A stretch of 64,000 nucleotides of DNA from Alphaproteobacteria bacterium (GTDB taxonomy: Bacteria; Pseudomonadota; Alphaproteobacteria; UBA828), in NCBI GenBank assembly GCA_963422645.2, contig CAXXVO010000005.1:96001-160000 (forward strand), written 5' to 3'. Shown one piece after another: positions 37,930-49,234 of this stretch. The first letter of the stretch is position 1. Each line of letters opens with the position of its first letter. The notes under the pieces are model-generated. The model saw only the letters and a program-made list of their open reading frames with translations. It was not told the origin of the DNA and made no database searches. Made by a program: the position numbers and the translations under genes.

Positions 37930-38681
37930 ACTTCTCCGGCTCATCCTGAGTATCGCTGTCCTCTCATCTTGTTCGCGACGCGGCGTTCATCATCCTCTCG
38001 CGCTCAAGAGAGTAGGCACCCCCGCGGCGTGGGGGCGTTGACGCAAAAGGAACTGGCTTGTTCCATAAGAGAGAGGGGGTACCTGGGCAGTTACGAGTCA
38101 CGAGATTGGGTGGGTTGCTTTGTCTCCTGATTAAGTGTTATGTTACTGGTAGTTGTGGAATTGCGCAAGAGAATTGTAGCGGTACCGTTCTGATGTAAGA
38201 GAGGAGGGCTTGGAGGACTATGTTGCAATCAGGGAAGTGAATGCGTATGTCGGAGATGATTGATCTGTCATTGGGGAGGGGCATGCGGTGGATATGATTG
38301 TGAATAGAGGCGATAAGGCGGTGACCGGGAGCGACGTATCCGGGTGGGACGGTCTTACTGGTATTATATGGAGTATTGCAGGTGATCCGGGCCAGAATGC
38401 GGCTCCGAGATCCCGTCGTCGCCCTCAACTAGAGGCACGTCCGCACCAAATCCTCGTCGCGGATAGCCATGCGCGCGACGGTAGCGCACAGCCAGAGTCG
38501 TTACCAGTGACTTGAGAAATCCCAGCCGATAGCGATCACAACGCCGTCCGCCTCCACGGCCGAACCGCATCCTTATCAACCAGTTACACAGCGAACCGGT
38601 CGCCCCCCGCCACGCGCGGGTCCGTGAGGGCAAAAGCCAAATGGCTGAGCTACTCGACCGCTGATCACAGCGGTTGATCTA

Positions 38682-39864
38682 GTCACCTGAATCTAAAGTT
38701 CGTGGCATAAATTTTGTTCGACCCGAAGGCAGAAGCGCTTGACGGCGGCGAGGATGTCGTCGGCTGATTTGGTCCACCTGAAGGGTCGGGGATTTTCGTT
38801 GTGGGTTTCGATGAAGGCGTGGATGTCGGCTTCGAGCTGGCGGGTGGATGTGTGCACCCCGCGTTGCAGCTGCTTGCGTGTCAGCTCGGCGAACCAGCGC
38901 TCGACCTGATTGAGCCACGACGCCGATGTCGGCGTGAAGTGGACGTGCCAATGCGGACGCCGCGCCAGCCAGGCCTTGACCCCCGCCGTCTTGTGGGTGG
39001 CGTAGTTGTCCATGACGACGTGGATGTCCAGCCCGTCCGGGACATTGCGATCGATCACCTTCAGGAAGTCGAGGAACTCCCTGGCCCGGTGGCGGCGATA
39101 GCACTTGCCTATGACCGAGCCGGTGGCAACGTCGAGGGCGGCGAAGAGCGAGGTCGTGCCGTTGCGCTTGTAGTCATGGGTGCGCCGCTCAGGGATGCCC
39201 GGCAGCATCGGCAGGACCGGCTGGCTGCGGTCGAGCGCCTGGATCTGGCTCTTTTCGTCGACACAGAGCACCAGCGCGCGATCCGGCGGCGACATGTAGA
39301 GGCCTACGATGTCGCGGACCTTCTCCACGAAGTGCGGATCGGCCGACAGCTTGAAGGTCTCGGCCCGATGGGGCTGCAGGCCGAAGGCGCCCCAGATGCG
39401 CCAGATCGACGTGTGCGACAGCCCCGCCTCCTTCGCCATCGAGCGCAGCGACCAGTGGGTGGCGTCCGCAGGCGTCGAGGTGAGCGTCCGCTCGATCACT
39501 TGCGCCACCTTCTCGTCCGCGATGGTCCGCGGCCGTCCCGGCCGGGGTTCGTCCGACAGACCCTCGATGCGGTCCTTGACGAAGCGCCTCCGCCACTTGC
39601 CGACGGTGTGTTCGTGCACGCCGATCTCTGCGGCCACCGCCTTGTTGCCAAGCCCGTCCGCGCAAAGCAGGATCATGCGGCAGCGATCCGACATGGAGCG
39701 CGCCACACGGTGGCGGCGAACCTGCGCTTCCAGAAACGACCGCTCCTCACCGCTCAAGACCAGGGCCGCCAGCGGCCGTCCCGTACCGCGCGCCATCGAG
39801 ATGACCTCCTCTGTCCGACTCGGAGAGCCACCCTACAATGAACCCTACTTCCGTGCCAGGTGAC
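38682..39864 (-). mobile_element. IS630-family element
   Basis: CTAGTCACCTG...CAGGTGACTAG ends; TA duplication at 38680-38681 and 39865-39866. Confidence 0.92.
38693..39796 (-). CDS. IS630 transposase
   Basis: [28 protein letters not shown]. Confidence 0.95.
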   Translation of the reverse strand: MARGTGRPLAALVLSGEERSFLEAQVRRHRVARSMSDRCRMILLCADGLGNKAVAAEIGVHEHTVGKWRRRFVKDRIEGLSDEPRPGRPRTIADEKVAQVIERTLTSTPADATHWSLRSMAKEAGLSHTSIWRIWGAFGLQPHRAETFKLSADPHFVEKVRDIVGLYMSPPDRALVLCVDEKSQIQALDRSQPVLPMLPGIPERRTHDYKRNGTTSLFAALDVATGSVIGKCYRRHRAREFLDFLKVIDRNVPDGLDIHVVMDNYATHKTAGVKAWLARRPHWHVHFTPTSASWLNQVERWFAELTRKQLQRGVHTSTRQLEADIHAFIETHNENPRPFRWTKSADDILAAVKRFCLRVEQNLCHEL

Positions 39865-40007
39865 TAGCCCTCTGTTGTTTTGGTTCTGTGTCCCGGCCAC
39901 AATAATTCGGGTATGGTGAATTGCGGCTGGCGCATGCAGGGGCCCTCGCTCCGGGTTCACTGCAAATCGCGGGGTGGCCACACCGTTCAATCGACTGGGA
40001 GGGAGTC

Positions 40008-40349
40008 ATGAAGGTATTGGCGGGGACACTCGCCCTGAGCGGGCTCTTGGCGTTTCTCGATGCCTGCGGATACACCCCCCATGATTCTCCTGAGGACATC
40101 GCCCGGTCCCATGACAGGGTTCTGGAGACCCTGACGAGCGACATCGATACGCCCGGTCCTGCTCCCGTGTACTCCAGAAGCCATAGTGCTGCCGAACTGC
40201 TCTCGACGCCGGAGCCCGTGCTGGACTTCAACTGCGAGGAGGTCCGTGCGGAGTTGGGTCCCTTCGCGAGGGCTGCGGCGCGCCACCGTGACCTGGGCTG
40301 GTCGGGGGCAGACGAATTCAGTTTCTCGTTCAAGTCGTGCGAATTCTAG
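40008..40349 (+). CDS. Putative lipoprotein, possibly truncated
   Basis: GGAGGGAG RBS; MKVLAGTLALSGLLAFLDAC with a lipobox-like Cys. Confidence 0.4.
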   Translation: MKVLAGTLALSGLLAFLDACGYTPHDSPEDIARSHDRVLETLTSDIDTPGPAPVYSRSHSAAELLSTPEPVLDFNCEEVRAELGPFARAAARHRDLGWSGADEFSFSFKSCEF

Positions 40350-40601
40350 CGCCCGAACAGGACGATGGGTCATCAAACGCTCTGGTAGAATATTGCTAGG
40401 GTCGGTGCCACGGGCGGACAAGCGCCCAGTCGCGCGTCGCGACAGGATCGCATGCGGCACTCGAAGGGCGTTCGGCCAGCCACGTCGAACTCGGCCGCGC
40501 CTCCATTGCTCAGCCAACACTGAGACTGGAGCGCCCCATGGGAGCTGCTCACCAATGGCCTGTCCAATTGGGAATGCGGGGGGCTGGCTAGGGAGGTTCT
40601 G

Positions 40602-42716
40602 ATGCAACCGACTTCGGGGCCGCGGCCCAAGTCCTGGTTAATTGTGTTGAGCCTGATGGCCGTCCCGCTCTTCGCGATGGTCTGCGCTTCCGATGCGCGC
40701 GCGGACACGCCAGTAGAGGTTGAGCAGGAAGTCGCCGAGGAAGCGGAGGTCGAGGTCGGGCCATCGGCCAGTGCCACGACCACACCGCTCATCCCCCGCA
40801 AGGTCCTGTTCGGCAACCCGGACAAGATAAACGTCCAGATCAGCCCGGACGGGCGTTTCCTGAGCTACGCCGCCCCGGTGGACGGGGTGCTCAACGTCTG
40901 GGTAGGGCCGGTGGATGACCCGGCGGCGGCCCGGCCCGTCACCCGGGACACGTTCGGGGGAATCGGCAACTACTTCTGGGCCGACGCCGGCGATCACATC
41001 GGCTACCTCATGGACTGGCAAGGCGACGAGAACGCGCATCTCTATTCCGTCGAATTGGATACCGGCGCGATCTGGGACTTGACCCCAATGGTCGGCGCGC
41101 GGGCGGTCATCGTGGGGGGCAGCCCCAAGTTCCCCAACGAGCTGCTTGTGGGTCTGAACGGCCGCGACCCCCGATACAACGATATCTATCGGATCAACGT
41201 CAGAACCGGGGAAAGGCGGCTGGTGCAGGTGAACGACCGGTTCGCCGGCTTCCTCATCGATGACGATTTCAACATTCGCTTCGCCAGCCGTCCCTCCGAG
41301 GACGGGGGCAGCGAACTGCTGCGCTCCACCGCTGGCGGCGGCTGGGAGTCGTTTATCAAATTCCCGCTGGAAGATGTCGAGACCGGCAAGATCTTCGGCT
41401 TCGACGAGACAGGGCGGGTCCTGTATCTGGCGGACAACCGGGGGCGGGATACCTCCGCTCTTACCGCCATCAACCTGGACACCGGGGAACAGACCGTCAT
41501 CGCCGCCGACGCCAGGGCCGATGTGAACGGCGTGATGAGACACCCCAGGGAACGGACCATCCAGGCCGTCGACTTCATCTATGATCGCAGGGAGTACCGC
41601 ATTTTGGACGACTCCATCGCCCCCGACATGGAATACTTGCGCACGGTGGCCGATGGCGACTTTCAGGTGATCAGCCGCCCCCTGGACGACAGCCGCTGGA
41701 TCGTGGTCTACCCGGTGGACGACGGGCCGGCGCGCTACTACAGCTATGACCGAGCCAGGAAAGAGGCGACGTTCCTGTTCACGCACGCGAAAGAGTTGGA
41801 GGGGCTGCCGCTGGCCAAATTGCACCCGGTCGTTATCACGTCGCGCGACGGGCTGGACCTGGTGAGCTACTACATGCTGCCGGTGGAGAGCGACAGGGAT
41901 GGCTCGGGGCGTCCGGACCACCCCTTGCCGATGGTCCTGCATGTGCATGGCGGCCCCCATGAGCGGGTGGAGTGGAACTATTGTCCGTTGTGCCAACTCC
42001 TGGCCAACCGGGGCTACGCCGTGTTGACCGTAAACTTCCGGGGCTCCACCGGGTTCGGCAAGGCGTTCGTCAACGCCGCCAACTTGGAGTGGGGCGGCAA
42101 GATGCACGACGACCTGATCGACGCCGTGCAGTGGGCCATCGAGCAGGGGATCGCCGACCCGCAGCGGGTGGCGATTTATGGTGCCAGCTACGGCGGCTAC
42201 GCCACTCTGGTGGGCCTGACCCTTACCCCGGATACCTTCGCCTGCGGCGTGGACATCGTCGGCCCTTCGAACCTAGTTACCCTGCTGAACAGCATTCCAC
42301 CTTACTGGGAGCCGGCGATCGAGCGGATGGTCCGTCAGATCGGCGACCATCGCACCGAGGCGGGCCGGGCCTTCCTGGCCGAGCGTTCCCCGCTTACGCA
42401 CGTCGAGCGCATCAGCAAGCCCCTGCTCATCGGCCACGGCGCCCACGACCCTCGGGTCAAGCTAGCCGAGGCTGAGCAGATCGTTCAGGCCATGCTGGCC
42501 AGGAACCTCCCGGTCACTGCCGTCATCTATCCCGACGAAGGGCACAGCATCAGTCGGCCCGAGAACACACTCTCCTTCCTGGCAGTAGCGGAAGCCTTCC
42601 TGGCCGAGTGTCTGGGAGGGAGGCACGAGCCGGTGGGGGATGACTTCGCGGGCTCGTCCATCGTCGTGCCGGTCGGAGCGGAGCATATTCCGGGGCTCGT
42701 GGAAGCTCTCGAATAG
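40602..42716 (+). CDS. S9 family peptidase with a signal peptide
   Basis: VHGGP, NFRGSTGFGK, GASYGGY, DPRV, YPDEGH. Confidence 0.93.
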   Translation: MQPTSGPRPKSWLIVLSLMAVPLFAMVCASDARADTPVEVEQEVAEEAEVEVGPSASATTTPLIPRKVLFGNPDKINVQISPDGRFLSYAAPVDGVLNVWVGPVDDPAAARPVTRDTFGGIGNYFWADAGDHIGYLMDWQGDENAHLYSVELDTGAIWDLTPMVGARAVIVGGSPKFPNELLVGLNGRDPRYNDIYRINVRTGERRLVQVNDRFAGFLIDDDFNIRFASRPSEDGGSELLRSTAGGGWESFIKFPLEDVETGKIFGFDETGRVLYLADNRGRDTSALTAINLDTGEQTVIAADARADVNGVMRHPRERTIQAVDFIYDRREYRILDDSIAPDMEYLRTVADGDFQVISRPLDDSRWIVVYPVDDGPARYYSYDRARKEATFLFTHAKELEGLPLAKLHPVVITSRDGLDLVSYYMLPVESDRDGSGRPDHPLPMVLHVHGGPHERVEWNYCPLCQLLANRGYAVLTVNFRGSTGFGKAFVNAANLEWGGKMHDDLIDAVQWAIEQGIADPQRVAIYGASYGGYATLVGLTLTPDTFACGVDIVGPSNLVTLLNSIPPYWEPAIERMVRQIGDHRTEAGRAFLAERSPLTHVERISKPLLIGHGAHDPRVKLAEAEQIVQAMLARNLPVTAVIYPDEGHSISRPENTLSFLAVAEAFLAECLGGRHEPVGDDFAGSSIVVPVGAEHIPGLVEALE

Positions 42717-42842
42717 AATGAAACGGCCCCGCCGATTCGGACAGCCTGGCGGCTTGGTTTCGGTGTATTCCGCGTGATGCTCAGGCCGCCAGAATCCCCT
42801 ACCCAAAATCACGTGAGACGAGCCGCAGTCGCGTAGCTTGGG

Positions 42843-43895
42843 CTAAAAGCTGAAGGTGAAGAGTTTAAATTCGCGTGCGGGTCTTTCGAATTCCGAGGCC
42901 GTGAACCGGTCCGGCACTGCGGACCAGTCATCGTAGATATCGCCACCGATATAGAATCGCCCCGTCGTGCCGGGGTCTGCGAGCGAGGTACTTGTCGCGA
43001 AGAGCTCGTAGGAATGCTCTGGCGGGCGTGATCCGACTCGATCGTCATGAGGCACGAACTCCACGAGACCGTCACCGTCGACGTCCGCGTGGATCCAGTC
43101 GAGGTGGAGCAGGCGATGATAGCTGCGGTCGGCCATCAAGGCGCTCAGTTCGATGTTGAACCGTGAGATGATCGATTCAGCGTCCGGAAGAGAGCGCTGG
43201 ACAGCGAAGTGCAGGGAGCGCGACAGAAGGGGTGTGAAGCCGAACGCCAGTCGGGTTCGCGCTTCCTCTGGATGGTTGCTGAGGAGATACTGGACGACCA
43301 GCTCGTCCATCAGCGTGTAGTCCGCCTCGCCGCTGAGGACCATTGCCACGCTGTCCTCCAGGCCGCGCGAGTCGACGAGAATCGAGCCGGCGGCCGTCTC
43401 GACCGCCTCGCCATAGGCGTACCCGGCTACCAGGGCGATCCGCTCGCCGGCGAGCGCAGCCAGCGTGGTTGCGGATACGTCGCTGCCCCGGCGCCCGACG
43501 AGGACCAACCTGTTCTCAAGATACGGCTGGGAGTAAATAAGCTGGCGTTCGCGCTCCGCATCAATCCAGAGCGCTGCGCTTCCGTCAAACTCGCCGCTCA
43601 GCAGCGAGGACGTAAACTTGGCTTCGTCCACGATGACCGTGTCGGCAATGATGCCGAGGCGTTCGAGAGCCTCCTCGACCAGATCGAGGGCGAAGCGCGG
43701 CTGTCCCGGCGGGTTGGTGAACGGCGACCAGGCCGTCGACACCAGTTGCAGGTGCCGGTCCTTCTCCGTGGCCATGACCGGGATTGCGATGATCAGGAGT
43801 AACAGCGCTACGATCGCCGACCCGAACCAGAGAAGTAGCCGCTTTGGGCGCATGAGTCGTGAACTGTCCAGTTCCCGAGCGTCGTTGGCTGACAT
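42843..43895 (-). CDS. Periplasmic substrate-binding protein (amino-acid family 3-like)
   Basis: WSPFT, ERERQLIYSQPYL, GYAYG. Confidence 0.75.
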   Translation of the reverse strand: MSANDARELDSSRLMRPKRLLLWFGSAIVALLLLIIAIPVMATEKDRHLQLVSTAWSPFTNPPGQPRFALDLVEEALERLGIIADTVIVDEAKFTSSLLSGEFDGSAALWIDAERERQLIYSQPYLENRLVLVGRRGSDVSATTLAALAGERIALVAGYAYGEAVETAAGSILVDSRGLEDSVAMVLSGEADYTLMDELVVQYLLSNHPEEARTRLAFGFTPLLSRSLHFAVQRSLPDAESIISRFNIELSALMADRSYHRLLHLDWIHADVDGDGLVEFVPHDDRVGSRPPEHSYELFATSTSLADPGTTGRFYIGGDIYDDWSAVPDRFTASEFERPAREFKLFTFSF

Positions 43896-45072
43896 GGTGC
43901 TTCTCCTATGCCCATTCGCTTCGACAGGAGACCATGGGGCCGTTCTCGCTCCAATGGCAAGAGTCGCATATTGGGCGGCCTCGCTTCGAGCGGAACTTCG
44001 CCGATGTAGCCGGCGGATATCACTCGACGTAGCCGGTGATTGTTACCCAAATGGCCACCCCGGAGCGAAGCGACGCGATCAAGCCCGGCCCTCAAGTCCG
44101 GCAACACGGCGCGGGTGCCACGTATCCAGTCCCACTGGAGGGAGGACCCGTTCCGCGCCGCTCTGGCGCCGGTTCGACGCCCTTCCAGCACGGAGTCCGC
44201 CATGCTCGATGCCCACCAGGCGGTGGACGCTCGCGCCCGTCGTTCCCGCCTCAGTCTGTTCCGACGTCTATGATCGCAGAGATAGACTGCCCGACCCTTT
44301 CGGCCGCTGCCTCGATCTCGCGATCTCCCAGATGGGCATAGCGCAGCGTCGTGCGCACATCGGAATGACCGAGCAGCCGGGAGACGACCGGAACCGGCAC
44401 GCCGTTCATCACCGCGTGGCTGGCATGGGAGTGGCGGAGGTCGTGAAGGCGAACGTCCTCAATGCCGGCTTCCCGCCGGGCGCGATCCCAGAACGCGAGG
44501 TTGCAGCTGCGGGGCCGGGCGGGATCTCTCGGGGACGGAAAGACGAACGGGCTTCCACCGCGCGGCCGGCGTTCGAGAATGCGCCGGGCCGGAGTGTTGA
44601 GGGGAACGATCCTTGGCCCGGTCTTGCCGTCGGCAAGGACCAGCCTGTCGCGATCGACTTCCGACCAGCGCAGCCGGAGGATTTCGCTCCTGCGGCATCC
44701 GGTCAGAAGCAGGAGCCGGATGATATTTGCCTGCTCACGCCTACTGTCGCGGGTCTGCCTGTCCAGGACGTTGTGGAGCCGGGATATCTCCTCCCGTGAC
44801 AGAAAGTGCGTGAGCACCCGTCTTGGGTTCCGTTCCACGGCCCGCGCCGGGTTGGTGCCGAGGTGGCCGCGGGCGAACGTGAAGTTGATGATCTGGGTGA
44901 GTAGATCGAGCGCGTGATTGGCGTTGCCGGGCGCGGTCCGGCTGAACCGGTCGAACCATCGCCCGACCTGGGCCTAGGCAATGCGATCGAGCGGCTTGGA
45001 GCCGAAGGCGGGCAGCAGCTGGCGGTCGAGCAGGGACTGGACGCCCTTTCTCGTGGACGGCTTGTATCCGTC

Positions 45073-46844
45073 AAAACAGTCATGGTCCCCGCGGTTCTGA
45101 GCCACCCCGTGGCATGAAACAGGAGCGGTTCGGCTGACGTTTTCCTTGCGCTTGCACCCATTTGCCGTGTCAGGATGGGTATTGGCGGAGGTGGGGACGT
45201 GTGAGCGTCGTTATATCGGTGACGTAGTTCCCGATGACAAAACTGCTTCCGGCGGCCGGCTCCGCACCCCGTATTGTACCCGGCCCGTGGCCGTGGACGC
45301 GCGGCAAATTGCACCGCACCCGCTCGTCGGATGCGTGTTCTTCCGACCGCTGTCCCCGCCTCCACCGTGGCGATGCCACGGCGTGATCGTACGCCGCCGT
45401 GGCGAGAGCGCAAATGAGGAGGAAGGCGATGAAGACGGAAGGCTTGCACGTCGTCCGGCCGCGCGCGGCGGGTCTGGACGTGCACAAGATGGAGATCACC
45501 GCGACGGTTCGCCTCTGTGAGGGCGAGGGTGAGCCGGTGGTGGAGACGCGCTGCTTCGGCACGCTGCCGAGCGGTCTGGAGGAGATGGTCGCGTGGCTGA
45601 CCGGTCACGGCGTCGAGGCTGCGGTGATGGAAGGGACCGGGGTCTACTGGCAGGCGCCCTTCGCGGCCCTGGAGGCGGCCGGGCTCGAGGCGATCCTGGT
45701 GCATGCGCGTCAGGTGAAGCAGTTGAAGGGGCGCAAGACCGACGTGGCGGACAGCGTGTGGCTGGCCTGCGTGTGCCAGTTCGGGCTCTGCACGCCTTCC
45801 CACGTTCCGCCTGAGCCGTTCCGGGAGCTGCGCGCACTGAGCCGCCAGCGCCGCGTCCTGGTCAGGCAGCGCTCCGCCGTGCGCAACCGCGTGCAGAAGA
45901 TCATCGACCGCGCCGGTGCGCGCATCGGCGGCATCCTCTCCGACGTCTTCGGCGTCAACGGCCGGAAGATCCTCGACGGCCTGGCGCAGGGGACGGCGCG
46001 CGAGGTCATCCTCGCCTCGCTCACCAGCCACGTTGCGAACAAGCTGGAGGGGCTCGGCGAGGCGCTCACCCTGAGCCTGGGCGACAACGACCGCTTCATG
46101 CTCAACGACCTGCTGGAGGAGCATGACGCGCTTGAGGCGCGCATCGCGTCCTACACCAGGAAGATCGACGGGCAGATGACACCGTGGGAGGAGCAGCTCC
46201 GTCTGCTGACCACCATCCCCGGCATCGACCGCACCGCCGCCTCGACCATCCTCATCGAGATCGGCCCCGACATCGGCGTGTTCGCCTCCAAGGAGCACTT
46301 CGCCGCCTGGGCCGGGCTCTGCCCCGGCAACAACGAGAGCGGGGGCAAGCGCCGCAACGCACGCACCCGCATGGGCTCCAAGACCCTGCGCGCCTGCCTC
46401 GTCGAGTGTGCCCACGGCGCGGCCCGAACCAAGGGGTGCCAGTTCGAGGCTCATCACCGCGCCCTCGCCGCCCGGCGCGGCTACAAGCGCGCCATCGTCG
46501 CCGGCGCTCACAAGATGCTGCGCATCATCTATGTGGTGCTCAAGACCGGCAGGCCCTACTACGACCGCACGGCCGACTACGACGCTCTGATGGTCAAGCG
46601 CAACGCTCCTCGGTGGATCCGCATGCTCCGCCGCTACGGCTACATCGAGCCCGTAGGCGCGGAACTCAAGGCCGCCTGAGCGGCCCGCATCTCGTCAGCC
46701 GGCTACGCGGGACCGCTTCGGACCACATCGGGGAAGTCCACCGCTCGTCTCCGCCGCGCCGACCCTGGCGGTCTCAGCCAACGCCGTGACCTCGGGGTTG
46801 GAGCGTCACCGCGCGTCCCTCGCCAGAATCTGTTTCACGGCAAA
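45073..46844 (+). mobile_element. IS110-family element 1, copy B
   Basis: Direct copy of 33793-35564 at offset 11280, inside the integrase gene. Confidence 0.93.
45429..46679 (+). CDS. IS110 DEDD recombinase
   Basis: Same protein as 34149-35399. Confidence 0.95.
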   Translation: MKTEGLHVVRPRAAGLDVHKMEITATVRLCEGEGEPVVETRCFGTLPSGLEEMVAWLTGHGVEAAVMEGTGVYWQAPFAALEAAGLEAILVHARQVKQLKGRKTDVADSVWLACVCQFGLCTPSHVPPEPFRELRALSRQRRVLVRQRSAVRNRVQKIIDRAGARIGGILSDVFGVNGRKILDGLAQGTAREVILASLTSHVANKLEGLGEALTLSLGDNDRFMLNDLLEEHDALEARIASYTRKIDGQMTPWEEQLRLLTTIPGIDRTAASTILIEIGPDIGVFASKEHFAAWAGLCPGNNESGGKRRNARTRMGSKTLRACLVECAHGAARTKGCQFEAHHRALAARRGYKRAIVAGAHKMLRIIYVVLKTGRPYYDRTADYDALMVKRNAPRWIRMLRRYGYIEPVGAELKAA

Positions 46845-47015
46845 TGGGCTTCCTTCCACGCACCCTCGATGAAGTCCCGAAATAGCGGAGCGACCCGCCT
46901 GGGCGCTCTGGTCGCTTCCGGTTCCGCCTTGCGCGCATGGCATTCCCGGCGGGCCTCCGCGACGGTCTTCAGCGACACCGGGCCGAGCGAGACCCGTCTC
47001 GATCGCCCGTCAGTA

Positions 47016-47126
47016 CGCGCGGCCGAAGAAGCCGGCCAGCAGCACTACCGTCATGATGTAGGGAAGGATCAGTATCAGATCTGTCGGCGCCTGGCCGATC
47101 ACCGGCAGGTCCACGCCCTGCAGGCG
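47016..47126 (-). pseudogene. C-terminal fragment of a nucleoside-type ABC permease
   Basis: Manual translation RLQGVDLPVIGQAPTDLILILPYIMTVVLLAGFFGRA. Confidence 0.6.
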
Positions 47127-47232
47127 CGGTGGCGGCAGTCGTCGTGGCGGCCGACGAGGAGGCGGCCATCGCGCGCGCTACGGTCGAGGTGCTGAAGCGC
47201 GGCCTGCGGCACCGCGGCGGCCCGGGCGGCGG

Positions 47233-48231
47233 TCAGACGTATGCGCCTTCGAGCACGCCGCGCAGCGCGCCGCGATCCATGAAGCGCGGGCCCGCCTTCG
47301 GCTCGGCCTCCCAGCGCGCGAGCCAGGTACCGTCGACCGTGAGCTCGAGCTCCTCGGAGTCGGCGCGGCTGTTGCGCTCGTGCCATTTCTCCTCGAACTC
47401 CCCGGCCCAGACCTTGAAGTCGGGCTTGAGGCCGGGCTCGTCCACCCGCCGCATCGGCACGGACGGAATGTTGATGCCCGGCGGCGTGCCGGGCGCATGC
47501 CAGCGCAGGTCGACGGCCCAGCGCACCGCGTCGGTGTGGTTCTCCGTGGAGCGGTGGGGGATGAGATTGCTGTGGAGGATGACCGAGCCCAGCGGCGCCT
47601 CGCAGGTCACGATCTCCTCGGCCGCGACGTCCGCCCCATCCATGATGAGATACCAGGAATCGCGGTTCGCCGTGGTCTGGCTCTCGATGTCGTGGTGGTA
47701 GATCCGGGGCGGGTTGTGGGCGCCGCGCAGGAACTGTAGCGCGCCGTTCTCCCGCGTCGCGTCGACGAGCGGAATCCAGATGGTGGGAATGAACGTGGCC
47801 TCCGCATCCGGCGTGAAATAGGCGGCGTCCTGGTGCCACGGCACGGTGAGCCGGCTGGTCTCGGGCGTCTTGGACCGGAGCACCCAGTTGGCATGGCCGT
47901 CGATGTCGCGGCCGATGAGCTGCTCGACGATGTCGAGGAGCTGGTGCGAGCGCCAGAGCTCCGCCAGGGCCGGTCCGAACTTGCCGCGCAGGTTGGCGAG
48001 GACACCGGCGCCGGGAAAATCCCGGTTGAGGGCGGCAAGACGCGTGGAGAAGCCCTTGTCGGCGTGGGTGTCGGCGATGTGGCCGCGCTCGTGCAGTATC
48101 GCCGCGATGCCGTCGACCAGCTCGTCCAGCTCGGCGATCACGGAAGCGAGCTCGGCCGGCCGAAAGAGATCGGGGACGAGCAGGAATCCGTCTTCCCTGT
48201 ACTCCTCCAGTTGTTCCCTGCTGAGACTCAT
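47233..48231 (-). CDS. PhyH family dioxygenase
   Basis: PWHQD, WIPLVDATRENGAL, HRSTEN...RWAVDLR. Confidence 0.9.
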   Translation of the reverse strand: MSLSREQLEEYREDGFLLVPDLFRPAELASVIAELDELVDGIAAILHERGHIADTHADKGFSTRLAALNRDFPGAGVLANLRGKFGPALAELWRSHQLLDIVEQLIGRDIDGHANWVLRSKTPETSRLTVPWHQDAAYFTPDAEATFIPTIWIPLVDATRENGALQFLRGAHNPPRIYHHDIESQTTANRDSWYLIMDGADVAAEEIVTCEAPLGSVILHSNLIPHRSTENHTDAVRWAVDLRWHAPGTPPGINIPSVPMRRVDEPGLKPDFKVWAGEFEEKWHERNSRADSEELELTVDGTWLARWEAEPKAGPRFMDRGALRGVLEGAYV

Positions 48232-48433
48232 CGTCTGTGTCTCCTTTGCACTATCGCCGGAAGGGCCTCCACACACGGTGTCAATCGAATAGCAGTGCAA
48301 GCCGTCGCAGCCGGGGTGGTCGATTCACTCCGAGCAAGAATGTCCGCCGTTCGGTGGCGTCGCCATCGGACAGGGCGCAAGGGGCAAGACGGCCGACGGC
48401 TTCATGCGTGTAGCCGCGTTCGCATCGCGCCAG

Positions 48434-49234
48434 TCATACAGCCTTCCCGAGTTCTTCGGAAATCTCGCGAACCGCCCTTCCTCCGGCCATCGCTGTTTCC
48501 AATTCCTCCCGCGCGATATCGCCCTTGTCCCAGTTGCCGAGCGTTCGGCCACGGTTCAGAACCATGAACCTGTCGCCGACAGCGAAGGCATGATGAATGT
48601 TGTGCGTGATGAAGATCACGCTCAGGCCGCGCGTCCTCAAAAGATCGACGTACTTCAGCACGGTCGCGGTTTGGTGGACGCCGAGCGACGACGTCGGCTC
48701 GTCGAGGATGAGTACCCGAGCGCCGAAATGCACCGCTCGCGCAATCGCCAGACACTGCCGCTCTCCTCCCGACAATGTCCCCACCGCCTGGTGCGGGTCG
48801 CGTACGTCGATGCCGATCCATGCCATTTCCTCGCGCGCTGTCCGCATGGCGCGCCGTATGTCGAAGAGACGAAGTGGACCGAACGATTTGACCGGCTCCC
48901 GCCCCATGAAGAAATTTCGTATCACCGACATCAGCGGGATCATGGCAAGATCCTGGTGAACGGTGGCAATCCCGAGATCCAGGGCCTCGCGTGGGTTCCG
49001 GAGACGAACCTCCGTGCCGTTCACGAAGATCTGACCCGCGGTCGGCCTGAAGACGCCTGACAGGATCTTGATGACGGTCGACTTGCCGGCACCGTTGTCG
49101 CCAAGCAGGCACAAGACCTCGCCCGGGCGGACCGCAAGCGACACCCCGGCCAACGCCACGACCGCGCCGAAGTTCTTCTTAAGGTCCCTTGCCTCCACCA
49201 TGGGAGCGCTGCCCGGTGCCCGGTCGCGTTCCAT
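48434..49234 (-). CDS. Sugar ABC ATPase
   Basis: [21 protein letters not shown]. Confidence 0.92.
   Translation of the reverse strand: MERDRAPGSAPMVEARDLKKNFGAVVALAGVSLAVRPGEVLCLLGDNGAGKSTVIKILSGVFRPTAGQIFVNGTEVRLRNPREALDLGIATVHQDLAMIPLMSVIRNFFMGREPVKSFGPLRLFDIRRAMRTAREEMAWIGIDVRDPHQAVGTLSGGERQCLAIARAVHFGARVLILDEPTSSLGVHQTATVLKYVDLLRTRGLSVIFITHNIHHAFAVGDRFMVLNRGRTLGNWDKGDIAREELETAMAGGRAVREISEELGKAV

Larger units (their letters stand above)
35584..38094 (+). mobile_element. IS66-family element carrying a DNA methyltransferase, copy 1
   Basis: TIRs GTAACTRCCCAGGTACCCC (18/19 match); 8-bp duplication GAGTCACG (35576-35583, 38095-38102). Confidence 0.95.
44251..47015 (-). pseudogene. Tyrosine integrase: 5'-truncated, with an internal stop, split by IS110 copy B
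   Basis: TGCRRSE, HDLRH, LLGH...T.RY; in-frame TAG at 44974-44976; arm-domain remnant RRVSLG...VAEAR at 46845-47015. Confidence 0.85.

Noticed and set aside
33793-46844. Composite element bounded by the two direct IS110 copies
   Set aside because: Copy B's flanks rejoin into a continuous integrase frame, indicating a separate simple insertion.
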